NCBI GenBank assembly: GCA_964016885.1 | Contig: OZ024747.1 | Span: 4,526,001-4,590,000, forward strand | DNA: 64,000 nucleotides | Direction of reading: 5' to 3' | Source of the DNA: Eledone cirrhosa | Taxonomy: Eukaryota | Shown: in pieces, positions 41,452 through 55,170 of the stretch | Layout of the letters: every line of letters starts with the position of its first letter | How positions within the stretch are numbered: the stretch's first letter is position 1 | The notes under the pieces: model-generated | What the model saw: the letters and a program-made list of their open reading frames with translations, nothing else | What the model was told of the DNA's origin: nothing | Databases searched by the model: none | Made by a program: the position numbers and the translations under genes

Positions 41452-42277
41452 TCACACACATATACATATATACACACATACACATATATATATGTGTGTA
41501 TATATATATATATATACACACACATACACATATGAATGAATATACCAAATAAAATTGGACACTTTGTATACTTAATCTTATCAGTTATTAAACTGATTTA
41601 TCTTTTCTGGTTTTATCTTTTTTGTCTTTCTTTTCTCTTAAATTCTCTCACTCTTTACCATTTACCATTCTTTAACTTGTGCCACTTTATATTTCGCTTA
41701 AGCATATACTCTACTATTCTTGTATCTAATGAAATTCCAATCTGCAGCACATGAGACTCAGTGAGTAGCCATTAAGAATATTTTCTTTATAGTTACTGCC
41801 TACATTTTGTAGGTCTTGACTGGACACATCAACTGAATACCATTGCATCTTGGCCAAATATTGTAATTCTTAGTTAAGTGCTTACTAACGTATGTAAGGT
41901 AGTAAGCCAGGAAGTTTAAATTGATTAAAATTACACCCGTAAGGAGGAGTAAAGAATAACAGTATTGTAATGATTAATTCTGATTAGGTTTTGATATGTG
42001 TGTTTGTGTGTGAGTATGTGTGTGTATTTTATCATCATCATCTCATCATCATTTAATATGTGATTTTCCTACTACTAAGAGTTGGATGGGCTGTTATAAA
42101 TCATTTCAGCTCCCAACTAGAACCACTGACCTCCAAGCCAGGCCTAGACGGTGCATCTCACATATATTCCTATATTCTACAGAAAGTACTAAGTGTGTTT
42201 TATAGCGACAACAGTGCTAGGGAGATTGTCAAACCTTTGACACTACTGAAGAGACCATTCAACCCTTTGTTTTAGTA

Positions 42278-42430
42278 TTTGTGGGCAGAGGTGGTGAGAG
42301 CAGACCTCAGATCGCTGAAGCTCATGGAGGAGATAACGAAGGACCGTGACAAGTGGAGAGATGCTGTGCTGAATAGGATGCATCCCACCCTTGCAAGCAG
42401 GGAAAAGCGGATGTAAAATGGTGATGATGA
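42278..42430 (+). mobile_element. RTE second-subfamily 3' end
   Basis: Matches 7375-7530. Confidence 0.85.
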
Positions 42431-43744
42431 TATATTGCCGATGGACTAGCATCCAAAATGTGAAGACCCTTTTCCTACTATATCATTTATTTATTTTGTT
42501 ATTTCTGTTTGCCTTTTGCATAAACACATGCATGTCAGGACAAATAGCACCCAATCCAGACTGTAATGTGGATGGCATTAGGAAGGACATCCAGCTGTGG
42601 AAACCATTCTTGGGTCGAGTGATGTGTTATGTCTTTGATCAAGACACTTTATTTTACATTGCTCCTTGTGCCAAGAGTTGCAACCGGTGGTTAGTAGCAG
42701 CAACAGGAAAGACCAAAGATTCCCTGGTCTGATCTGATGAGTTCTCACTCCTTTGGTAGAGAGTATCAGCAATTGGAAAGACTAATGGAAACATTATTTC
42801 CTTGATCCAATCTGACAAGTTCCACTTCATTCAATAAACAAATGAGGTCTTGGATCTTGTCAATTCAGATCATAGTTATGTACATTTACTTCCATGTTCC
42901 CAGCTCTAAATTCTTCCTTTCTAATACACCAGCAGCAATGATGTAATGATCAACTTTACTTTCACATTTGTCTTGTCTCTGTAATATATATATCATAATG
43001 TGGGAGATATAACAAGATAAATGCCATATTTATTCAAGTATAATATGCATCTTTAATTATGACCAATGAAATTTTTGAAAAAAATATTTCACATATAATG
43101 CTCACAGACTTTTCTTTAGTATTATATTGAATGGAAATAGTGTTTAGTCAGATATATTATAATTGGTATATGAATAGATCGTACTTCTTGCACAGATTCC
43201 CCTGACTCTCTGTCACCATCCAATTCTATTGTTCATCATATTCAACAGGTCAGAGGGATTGCTATGTAAAATACATTAAAATTCACTCATCCTAAATAAA
43301 ACAAAAGACAAATTCTAAAGCATTGGTTCAATGCATTTTTGATGACGAGTAAGACAAAGAAGTGTTGAGATATTCTAGACTCTTTTTTTGGTGCCGTCTT
43401 AATGGTTATATCATTCAGCAATATATATTGTTGGCTGACATCAATTAATGACAAAAGGGTGATTGTGATATCTCACTAGTGTGAGTGATAAATATTCTTT
43501 TATGTTTAATATGATATCATATGTAAGGATAAAGTATTATGAAATTGATAAATATTAATCACTTACACTAGTGGTATAACAGAATCAATGACTTAATGTT
43601 TTATCACTAGAACTGTCTATTAATGGTTAAGATCATAGCGGTAGGTTAAATTATCACTGGACTGTCTACTAATGGTTGATAATATCATTGTGGTGGGATA
43701 TATAAATGTGACATTTATGCATTTGCTAACAGCGCCAATTGTCA

Positions 43745-44668
43745 CCATCATCATCATCATCATTTAACATCTATTTTCCACGCTAGAATGGGTAAGACGG
43801 GCTGTCCTGTTGTGAGACAGCTAAGCTGGGGGACTGTGTTTCACTCACACAGAACTGATTTTGGCTTGGTTTCTACAGCTGGATGCCCTTCCTAATGCCA
43901 ACCACATTTTCAGTATGTGCTGAGTGCTTTTTGTCGAGAGACATACACGACCACTTTACAGTGTGGGGTGGACACTTTTTGTCATGTCACCTACACGACC
44001 ACTTGACAGTGTGGGGTGGACACTTTTTGTCATGACACCTACACGACCACTTTACAGTGTGGGGTGGACACTTTTTGTCATGTCACCTACACGACCACTT
44101 GACAGTGTGGGGTGGACACTTTTTGTCATGACACCTACACGACCACTTTACAGTGTGGGGTGGACACTTTTTGTCATGACACCTACACGACCACTTTACA
44201 GTGTGGGGTGGACACTTTTTGTCATGTCACCTACACGACCACTTTACAGTGTGGGGTGGACACTTTTTGTCATGACACCTACACGACCACTTTACAGTGT
44301 GGGGTGGACACTTTTTGTCATGACACCTACACGACCACTTTACAGTGTGGGGTGGACACTTTTTGTCATGTCACCTACACAACCACTTTACAGTGTGGGG
44401 TGGACACTTTTTGTCATGACACCTACACGACCACTTTACAGTGTGGGGTGGATACTTTTTGTCATGACACCTACACGACCACTTGACAGTGTGGGGTGGA
44501 CACTTTTTGTCATGACACCTACACGACCACTTTACAGTGTGGGGTGGACACTTTTTGTCATGACACCTACACGACCACTTTACAGTGTGGGGTGGACACT
44601 TTTTGTCATGTCACCTACACGACCACTTTACAGTGTGGGGTGGACACTTTTTGTCATGACACCTACAC
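43745..44668 (-). mobile_element. RTE 3' UTR copy with 48-bp subrepeat expansion (about 15 copies, 43945-44668)
   Basis: Unit acacgaccactttacagtgtggggtggacactttttgtcatgacacct attached to an RTE tail. Confidence 0.88.
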
Positions 44669-45034
44669 ATAGCATATTTTTTTATATAATATATAGGATA
44701 TAGAGGTTTTAGGATATAGAGGTTATAGAATATAATATAGGATATATAGAATAAAGAACATATAAGATATATGAAGATATAAACTATGATGTATCAGATA
44801 TAGAATACACAGATATATAGGATAAATGATAATAATAATGAAAATATTGTGTACAGTGCTCAGGTGCACTACAACTCATCAAAAAGTGTATGTATAGTAC
44901 ATAGGGTAATGTACAAACGTCAAGAAAACGAACAGTGCATGAGTCATGATATACACATGTGTGCATGTGTATGGAAGGGGGACATCAGGTGTAGTTTTGA
45001 TGTATATAATATATAGGTTATAGGATATATAGAT

Positions 45035-45510
45035 TATATAGGACATAATATATATAGGATGTATATAGTATATAGGACATAAAATATATAGGATGTATAT
45101 AGTATATAGGACATAAAATATATATGATATATAGAGTATATAGGACATATAGAGTATATAGGACATATATGATATATAGAATATATAGGACATATATGAT
45201 ATATAGAATATATAGGACATATATGATATATAGAATATATAGGACATATATGATATATAGAGTATATAGGACATATATGATATATAGAGTATATAGGACA
45301 TATAGGATATATAGAGTATATAGGACATATATGATATATAGAGTATATAGGACATATAGGATATATAGAATATATAGGACATATATGATATATAGAATAT
45401 ATAGGACATATATGATATATAGAGTATATAGGACATATATGATATATAGAGTATATAGGACATATATGATATATAGAGTATATAGGACATATAGGATATA
45501 TAGAATATAG
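45035..45510. repeat. 27-bp AT-rich minisatellite
   Basis: Unit ggacatatatgatatatagagtatata. Confidence 0.85.
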
Positions 45511-45629
45511 GAATGAATTTATGTAGATTAAAGGATATATAATGTTAATAGTTAGAATTTTCACCTGATAAATGATGTAGAAAGTGGTTTGTTTTTGTTG
45601 TTCTTTGATAATTATAAAATCCTTTGATA

Positions 45630-47265
45630 ATAACGATGATGATGATGATGGAAAAACTGAGGTTGATCATGATTTGAATGATTGTGTTAATGAGGATGGT
45701 GAGGGTGGTGATGGTGGAGATGATGAGGGTGGTGATGATGGAGATGATGATGATGAGAGTGGTGATGGTGGAGATGGAGATGATGATGATGAGGGTGGTG
45801 ATGGTGGAGATGATGAGGGTGGTGATGGTGGAGATGATGAGGGTGGTGATGGTGGAGATGATGAGGGTGGTGATGGTGGAGATGATGATGATGAGGGTGG
45901 TGATGGTGGAGATGGAGATGATGATGATGAGGGTGGTGATGGTGGAGATGATGATGGTGATGTTGATGATGATGGAGATGAAACAGTGATAATAACGATA
46001 GTGATCTTTGAAAATAATTCTGGTGATGATAACAATCATGAGAATGGTTACTACAATGAAGATGATAACAGTGATGATGGTGGTGGTGGTGGTGGTGATG
46101 GTGATGATGGTGATGGTGATGATGGTGGTGATGGTGGTGATGATGGTGATGATGATGGTGGTGATGTGGTGATGGTGGTGATGGGGATGGTGATGATGGT
46201 GATGATGGTGATGCTGATGATATGATCTCATGTATAATTGTGGTGGTGGTGGTGATGGTGTGGGTGTGTGGTGTGGTGATGGTGGTGATGGTGGTGATGG
46301 TGGTGATGGTGATGATGGTGGTGATGGTGGTGATGGAGGTGATGGTGATAACAGTGATGATGGTGATGATGATATGATCTCATGTATAATTGTGGTGGTG
46401 TTGGTAGTGTGGGTGTGTGGTGTGGTGGTGTGGTGGTGGTGGTGGTGGTGGTGTGGTGGATTTGGTGGTGGTGTGGTGGTGGTGGTGTGGTGGTGGTGGT
46501 GGAGTTGGGGATGATTGTAGTGGTGGTGGTAATGTTGGTGGTAATGATAGTGATGTTGATGGTGATGATAGTATTGATGATGATGGATGTGCTAATGTTG
46601 ATGATGATGGTGATAATTATGATAATGAGGGGTGATAATTATGATAATGAGGTTGTTGTTGTTTAACCCTAGGTCAACATTGATTGAGTAAATCAGTAAC
46701 CAGAAGTATTCCAGCCATGATCATTTCATGTTTTATGCTAAATTCTAGAACGATGTCCTCTAATATATGTTAGTGGGATTTGAGGGACATTTAGCTATCA
46801 TTTCTGGCAGGTCAAATGACCACATAAAGGCTTCCTTGTTGGGTCATTGGTGATTATGTTGATGAAGATGATGATGGTGAGGATGGTGATGACTGACAGT
46901 GATAACAATAATGGTGATGATGGTGATGATGATGATGGTGATGATGGTGATGATGGTGATGATGATGATGGTGATGATGGTGATGATGGTGATGATGGTG
47001 ATGGTGGTGATGGTGATGGTGATGGTGATGATGATGGTGATGGTGATGATGTTCATGGTGATGATGATGGTGATGGTGATGATGTTGATGGTGATGTTGA
47101 TGGTGATGGTGATGTTGATGGTGATGATGGTGATGATGGTGATGGTGATGATGTTGATGGTGATGGTGATGATGGTGATGATAATGGTGATAAAGGTGAT
47201 GATGATGATGGTGGTGATAATAGGAATGATGATAAAGGTGATGACGGTGAAGATGACAAGATGAT
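45630..47265. repeat. (GAT/GGT)n trinucleotide low-complexity blocks (similar blocks at 55205-56030 and 56305-56720)
   Basis: Directly visible. Confidence 0.9.
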
Positions 47266-48044
47266 ATTTAGTTGTGGCACCAATGGCAATGTCTTTGACA
47301 ACAAAGAATGATAGAATGGAAAAGAGAGAGTGTGTGTGTGTTTATATATATATGTGTGTGTGTGAGAGAAAGAAAGGGAGGGAGAGAGAGAGGCTGAGAG
47401 AAAGAGAGAGAGAGAGGGACATATTTGAGTTGGGAAAGAAGAGGTGGAGGAAATGTAACGAACCAGTGTGTACAGAGAGGACCGAGGTGGGTGGTGGTGA
47501 GAGGTTGTAGGCAGGGGACGGAGAGGGGAGAGGAAGGGGCGCGGAGGGCGGGGGGGGGGATATTAAGAGGAAGATGGCCATCTTTAAGAAAAGTAGTAAT
47601 CAGAACTTCTGTAATCTAGTCTCATTACAGTGATCTTTTATTCATAAGCATGAATTGGTAGGAGAACATCAGAATGTGAGAGAGGAAGGGGGAGGGAGAG
47701 GAGATAGGGGGGGGGAGTAAAAGAGACAAAATCAGCCACAGGGTGTCAGGAGGCAATTGCAAAATAGATAATGGTTGGAATAATTTAGAGGAATTCTCTA
47801 ATTTTATTCAAATTCGCTGACATTAAAATGCATGCAGTGTTTAGGAGAGTTAGAGAAAGACAAAGAGAGAGGGAGAGGGAGAGTGTGAGACAGAGAGAGA
47901 GAGTGTGAGACAGACAGAGAGAGAGAGAAAGAGAGAGAGAGATAGAGAGAGAGAGAGAGTGAGACAGACAGAGACAGACAGAGACAGACAGAGTGTGAGA
48001 GAGAAACAGTGTGAGAGAGAGAGAGAGAGAGAGAGAAACAGTGT

Positions 48045-48101
<57 letters not shown>

Positions 48102-48440
48102 AGAGAGACAGACAGACAAAAAGAAAGTAGTCTAGGAGACATAGAAATAGATAGGTAGTGAGTGTGTGTGAGAGATATCAACATAGGAAGAGAGTGAAAT
48201 ATATATATATATATTTACACGTACATCTATACATACATATATACATACATCTATACATAAATACATACATATATATATATATATATGCATATATATATAC
48301 ACATAAATATATACATAAATACATACATATATACATATATATATATGCATATATATATACACATACATATATACATAAATACATACACATATATATATAT
48401 ATATATATGCATATATATATACACATACATATATACATAA

Positions 48441-48481
<41 letters not shown>

Positions 48482-48484
48482 CAA

Positions 48485-48539
<55 letters not shown>

Positions 48540-48550
48540 CATACAAATAC

Positions 48551-48584
<34 letters not shown>

Positions 48585-48608
48585 ATGTGTCAGTTAGAAA
48601 TATAGTGA

Positions 48609-48665
<57 letters not shown>

Positions 48666-49691
48666 TGTGAGAGAGAGAGAGATATTCCAACAATCCTCTG
48701 GAATCTGAACGGGTGTGAGAAGCAATTAATGTAGGAAATATTGAAGTCCTGCTAAAGTTAATTAATTGTAATATATAAGTGGAATTTTGGCATCAATTTT
48801 ATTTCAGAAAATTCATTTTCAAGACATATTCACCACCACCTCCACTTCCACCTCTTCGACCACCACCACCTCCATCTCCACCAACACCACATCTTCGACC
48901 ACCACCACCACCGCCACCCCTATCAACCTCACCACCTCCATCTCTAACACCACCACCACCACCACCTCTTCCACCACCATCACCTCCATCACCACCACCT
49001 CTATCAGCATCACCATCACCACCTCTTCCCCCACCACCATCACCACCATCTCTATCAGCATCACCATCACCACCTCCACCTCCATCACCATCTCAACCAC
49101 CACCACCTTTGTCACTAATGTCTATTCATTCTCTCTCTTTATAACACCACCACCAACACCTCCACCACCCACACCTCCACTGCCGCCATCACCTCCACTG
49201 CCACCACCACCACCACCACCTCCACTGCCACCACCACCACCACCACCACCTATTAACTTCCTCTTCTTCTATCATGCTTTCTCTTTTTATTTCCTTTTTT
49301 CTCTCACATTTCATCACTCTCTCTCTCTTCCCACATTTTCTCTTTCCTTTTTCTCTCTGTCTATCTAGTTTATCTAGTTGCCTCTCTCAATCTCACACAC
49401 AATCACTATATATGTATATATAAGTGTGTGCATAAATATATATACACACATACATATTTGTGTGTGTGTGTGTGATGTGTGTTTGTGGTGTGTGTGTGTG
49501 TATTTATCACACAAATTACTGGACAGTTTGTTATAGATGAAATCTGTTTGTGTATGTATGTTGAATGCTTTTGCTGTCTTTATTTGACTGTTTCATTCTA
49601 GGTGTGTATATATATACCTGTGCACATCCATAAGTTTGTACCCCCCCCTCATATATATATATATATTTAGAACTCTCTTCCCACACACTTT

Positions 49692-49726
49692 TCACCTGAA
49701 GAAGGGCTTATGCCCGAAACGTCGTT
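49692..49726 (+). ncRNA. Minimal hammerhead-like motif (Penelope pLTR type)
   Basis: CTGAAGA A GGGC-TTAT-GCCC GAAAC GTC; stem I is weak; AATAAA about 40 bp downstream; insert is flanked by (TA)n. Confidence 0.65.
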
Positions 49727-49919
49727 CCCTACCACCACCCCACTCTCAAGAGCGTGAAACTAATAAACCTTTGTTCGTACTGCCTCTCTGTTTTGTTCCC
49801 GTTCAATTTTTTTACTATATATGTATATATACACATATATATACACATATATATATACACATATATGTATATATATATTATAGGGATTGCTTCAAGAACG
49901 TAACCTTATTATGTAAGAA

Positions 49920-49994
49920 GCTGTCTGATGAGATCATGGCACTGGGTACATGGAATCATGTGGCCAATGTTGTCATCGAAATATGTATCACAGC
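49920..49994 (+). ncRNA. Type I hammerhead ribozyme with long stem II
   Basis: Stem I GCTGT/ACAGC, CTGATGA (49925-31), about 20-bp imperfect stem II closed by GAT/ATC, GAAA-TA-TG-TA-TC, cleavage triplet AUC. Confidence 0.78.
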
Positions 49995-50107
49995 CTTATC
50001 AATATAGGACTTTAACATCTGAAACTACTTCACATTTTCTAATTCCATATATACACACCTATATATATATAAATGTTATATATATATATAGGTGTGTATA
50101 TATACAT

Positions 50108-51032
50108 CTTCATTGTTTTCACATCCATTTTTCCACACTTGCAGGTGTTGGATGGATCCTTCTCAGCACACCATCTCTCCACTCACTGCTCTCCTAGTCA
50201 TCTCCTCTTTGAGTCTCAGGGATTTGATGTCAGCTCTCGCTACATCTGCCCAGGTCTTTCTTGGTCTACCTCTACTGTGGCTTCCTTCCACTGGGATTTC
50301 CTGGCACTTCTTCACCCATCAATCATCATCTGTACACATCACATGTCTATACCCACGCAGTTTTCTTTCCTGCACACCACCATGGATTCCTCTTAAACCC
50401 AGCTTCTCCCTCAACTTACATTGCACATCCAATGAAGCATAGTTGCTTCATTTCTCTCTGTAGTCAAAGCCCATGTTTCACTACCATGCAGCATTGCACT
50501 TCACACACAGGCATCATACAGTCATCCTTTTGTACGTAGTGAGAAACCTTTTGTAGTCAACAATGGGAGTAGCTTTCTTAACTTTTTTCCATCCTATCCT
50601 TATTCTAGTAATCATGCCCTCAGAGCACCCTACTCTGCTACTAATTATGTCACGCAGAAGCAGTATCTATTAACCACTTCTATGGATCCTTTCTCTGATG
50701 GGAAAAAGGTTTATATCATTGACACTCTTCTCCTCAATTAACCCTGTGCCTCTTCTACATATAAAGTCTTCTATTCCAGTTAGTTCAGTACATCTCTCGT
50801 GTACCCAAGATGAACATTGTGTATATCATATAAAGTCTACATTGACTCCTTTTCTACATACTGAATATGGCCACCTCCCTGAAGGAAACAGAGTTCTATC
50901 TTCTTTCCAACTCACTTTAGTAATGGCTAAGTTTATTCTTAGTCTTTTTGATTCCAAATTCTGTTTCCATATTTGGGACTTATTTTCTAGTTCTTTCATG
51001 TATTCAGCAATAAGGACAAAATCATCTGCCTA
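50108..51032 (-). pseudogene. Decayed RTE fragment (from the (Y)ADD region through the Cys-rich insert to the 3' end)
   Basis: Minus strand reads ADDFVLIAE...GRWPYSVCRKGVN...RIRIGWKK...; contains stops and frameshifts. Confidence 0.8.
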
Positions 51033-51113
51033 GAGAATATGTATGTGTGTCTATATATATATATATGTATATATACATATATCTATATGTGTGTGTGTAT
51101 ATAAATATATATA

Positions 51114-51146
<33 letters not shown>

Positions 51147-51167
51147 GTGTGTATCTATATATATGTA

Positions 51168-51523
51168 TATAGAAAAAAGAAATTGAAAATAAAATAGGAA
51201 TTTTTAAGGTTTATTTACAATAACATATAACTTTACCCGTTTCACAAGTTTTAGGATTCTCAAAAGTTAAGAGAGATGGGTGTCTAGGCTGACTTGTAAC
51301 ATAACTAACTGGCGTTGGCAATTTTTTCCGTTTTATGCAAAACATGTGGCTCAGATTGCTGACACATTTTTGCATGAAACTGAAAGAAATTGCCAACACC
51401 AGTTAATTGAGTTACAAGTCAGCCTAGCCACATATCTCTCTTAACTTTGAGAATCCTAAAACTTGTGAAACGTGTAAAGTTATATGTTATTGTAAATAAA
51501 CTTTCATTTCAACTTCTTTTTCC

Positions 51524-51526
<3 letters not shown>
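51168..51526. repeat. About 360-bp diverged palindrome in (TA)n with a hammerhead-like motif in each arm
   Basis: Arms mirror around about 51353; arm motif TAACTT TTGAGAA...GAAAC-N-N-GTA AAGTTA. Confidence 0.85.
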
Positions 51527-51565
<39 letters not shown>

Positions 51566-51668
51566 ATAAGAAATAAAATAGAAAGTTAGAGGAAATGAAG
51601 AGGAAGGAATAGGGAAAAAATCGTTTTAGAAAACTCCCCAAAATGGCTGACTGAGACAATATGCATTC

Positions 51669-51757
<89 letters not shown>

Positions 51758-51760
<3 letters not shown>

Positions 51761-51939
51761 CACCAACAAAAATAAAACGTTTCGACGGCTATTTCTGGAG
51801 TTCAGAAATAGCCATCGAAACGGCTTGAGCTCTGCCGTCGGGGTCATACATTTTTCTATTACCCACTCTACTACCCTAAGTATTGAGTACTCTGGTGCGT
51901 TTTGGTCCATCTGGTTCCTTACCACACCTCCTTCGTTAT
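51758..51939. mobile_element. Family D element (short central palindrome)
   Basis: cgtttcgacggctatttctg gagt tcagaaatagccatcgaaacg followed by the family arm; flanked by (TA)n. Confidence 0.8.
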
Positions 51940-52044
51940 ATATATATATATATATGTTTGTATATGTATATGTATATATGTGAATGTGCTTTTTCTTCCT
52001 CTTCTCACTCTCTATCATTCTATTTCATCTTTTATGTCTCATGC

Positions 52045-52082
52045 TATCTTCTGATGAAGGACCAGGGTCCAAAACATTAAAA
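52045..52082 (+). ncRNA. Decayed minimal hammerhead-like motif
   Basis: CTGATGA A GGAC-CAGG-GTCC AAAACATT (CGAAACG to CAAAACA would be CpG decay); ATTAAA downstream. Confidence 0.45.
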
Positions 52083-52161
52083 CCTTTTTCCTACTATATC
52101 AAGCATTAAACTAATATATTTCCTCATTTTATTGTTTTCTTTGCTGCTTTCATTCACTTTT

Positions 52162-52232
<71 letters not shown>

Positions 52233-52302
52233 ATATGAATGAAGTATTTCTGTCGGAAAGGTACAGGAAAAAAGAGTGCTCTATGTAGGCTACAGAGCTT
52301 AT

Positions 52303-52473
52303 TAGTTATGTAATAAACAACATAAGATAATTATTTCATTTACCAGTGATTTCTTGAAGGCAGATGTTGTGTCTGTCTTCAGATGTTATCTCTGTCTGAC
52401 AACTGAAGACACCTGCCTTCAAGAAACCACTGGTAAATGAAATAATTATCTTATGTTGTTTATTACATAACTA
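52303..52473. repeat. About 170-bp palindrome in (TA)n with CTGAAGA...GAAAC-CACTG-GTA in the arms
   Basis: Mirror arms of about 60 bp; hammerhead core words are present but stems I and II are poor. Confidence 0.8.
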
Positions 52474-53385
52474 TATATATATTAGTAGTAGTTTGAAACT
52501 CTCAGGAGAGCTGGACAGCAGGTCTTCAGAGAAGAAACCCCTGGGAAGCAAGTGTGTCTGCCCTTGTCCATATATATATACATATATGAATCTCTTTCTC
52601 TCTATATATACCATCATCATCATCACCATTTTACATCTATTTTTCTATGGTAGCATGGGTTATATATATATATATATATATATATAATGTGTGTGTGTGT
52701 GTGTTTATACTATATACACACATAAGCAAATATATGCATATATGTATTTATCTATATATGTATGTATGTGTGTGTATGTGTGTATCTATATATTTGTAGG
52801 TGTATATGTGCATGTATGTATATATATGTGTACATGTGTAGATATTTGAAATTTAACATTTTGTTTAGGATACCATTATTGATATACTATAATAAATGAC
52901 TCATATTGTCAATTAATGAAGGAGACTGGGTTGGTTGGGGGAAGAGAATGGCTGCAATCTTTAATGACTTTTTCTTAATTTAACTCTTATTTAATTTATT
53001 TATCATTTATCTTTTTATGAGCATCTTCCTCTCCCATCTTCCTCTACCATCTCCTCTACCAATTCCTCTACTTTCCTTTCCTACTGGTCTCTTCCAAGGG
53101 AACCATAAACAGCCTGTCATTGGCTAGCTGACACTCCATACATACATACACACACATATATATACACACACACATATATCTCTCTCTCTATATATATACA
53201 TACACATACATATATATATATATATGTATGTGTACATACACACATATATATATACACACACACACATATACCTCTCTCTCTATATATATACATACACATA
53301 TATATATATATGTATGTATGTATGTGTACATACACATATATATATATACACACACAGACATATCTCTCTCTCTATATATATATAT

Positions 53386-53467
<82 letters not shown>

Positions 53468-53793
53468 ACATACACATATAGACATATATGTAAATACTTA
53501 TAATTGCATATAGACATATATGTACATATATACACATGCCCACATATATAGACAGAAACACATACACACATACATGCATGCAAATATATACATACAGACA
53601 AATGTAGACATATAAACACACGCACATACATACATATATATATATATATACATGCGTGTGTGTGTGTACACATTTGTATGTGTGTCTGTGGTTATCCCTC
53701 TATCTCCTTCTCTTGATATATAATAAATAAATATATATATATATATATATATATCATCATCATCATCGTTTAACGTCTATCTTCCATGCTAGC

Positions 53794-53843
<50 letters not shown>

Positions 53844-53851
53844 GTATATAT

Positions 53852-54058
53852 ATAGGAAAAAGTATGACCCCGACGGCAGAGCTTAAGCCGTTTCGATGGC
53901 TATTTCTGGACAAATAGTCCAAAAATAGTTGTCGAAATGGCTTGAGCTCTGCCTTTGGGGTCATACTTTTTCCTCTTTCCCACTCTACTACCCTAAGTAT
54001 TGAGTACTCTGGTGCGTTATGGTCCATCTGGTTCCTTACCACAATTCCTTTGTTATAT
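53852..54058. mobile_element. Family D element with about 120-bp palindrome
   Basis: aggaaaaagtatgaccccgacggcagagct...agctctgcctttggggtcatactttttcct plus the family arm. Confidence 0.8.
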
Positions 54059-54106
54059 AAACCCATGCAATCGTGGAAGATGGACGTTAAACGATGATGA
54101 TGATGT

Positions 54107-54165
<59 letters not shown>

Positions 54166-54590
54166 TGCATATGTGTGTGTGTATACATTTAACCCATTTT
54201 CTATGTATCATTCTATCTATCTATATACCTATCAATCTTATTCTCACACACAGACATGCCTGCAGATACAAACATGCACACACTTAGTCTTACACACACA
54301 CACACACACATATATATACACCTACAGAGAGAGAGAGACACACCTACACACACATGCAGCATAGAAGTTGGAGCAAGCTGTATATCAGAGCCAGTACACC
54401 ACACAACAGCAGCAGTGACTCTTAATACTCTACAGCAGGATGCACGTCTCGGCTAACAACTCAAGATAATAACAACAAAAACATTACCAGCGGTACTATC
54501 ACCACCATCACCATCATCAACAACTACAACAATTACAACAACAACTACAACAACTACTACAACAACAATTACAATATCACCACCAACACC

Positions 54591-54621
<31 letters not shown>

Positions 54622-54977
54622 TCACCAACAATAACAACAACATCAACAAAAACACCAACAACCACAACATCAGTATCAACAACCACAACACCATTATCAC
54701 CAACAGCATTAACAACAACCTAACAACAACCACAGTAACAACTGGATTACAACAACCACAATAACAACAACCACCACAACAATAACTTCATCAGCGATAC
54801 CAATAACAACAAGCACAACAGTAACAACAACTTTATCAGCAATTAACAAGGAAAACACTAAAAACAACAGGAACAACAACAATTACAACTGGATTACAAC
54901 AACAACAACAACAACAACACTTGAAGTGAGTGGAAGTTTTTCTATCTTACTTTTTCTATCTACTTTGATTTAGTTTC

Positions 54978-55170
54978 ATTGGCAGTATTGGTAGAGGGTC
55001 GGACGCCATGCTTTGCAGCATAGAGTTATGGCCCTTTATAATCTGAGTTCAAATCCCGCTGAGGTTAACTTTGCCTTTCATCCTTATGCGGTTGGTAAAA
55101 TAAAGTACCAGTCGATTTAAACGACTTTCCCCTCCCCCAAAATTGCAGGCCTTGTGCCTATATAAGAAAC
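54978..55170 (+). mobile_element. SINE family A
   Basis: Matches 162-346. Confidence 0.85.
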
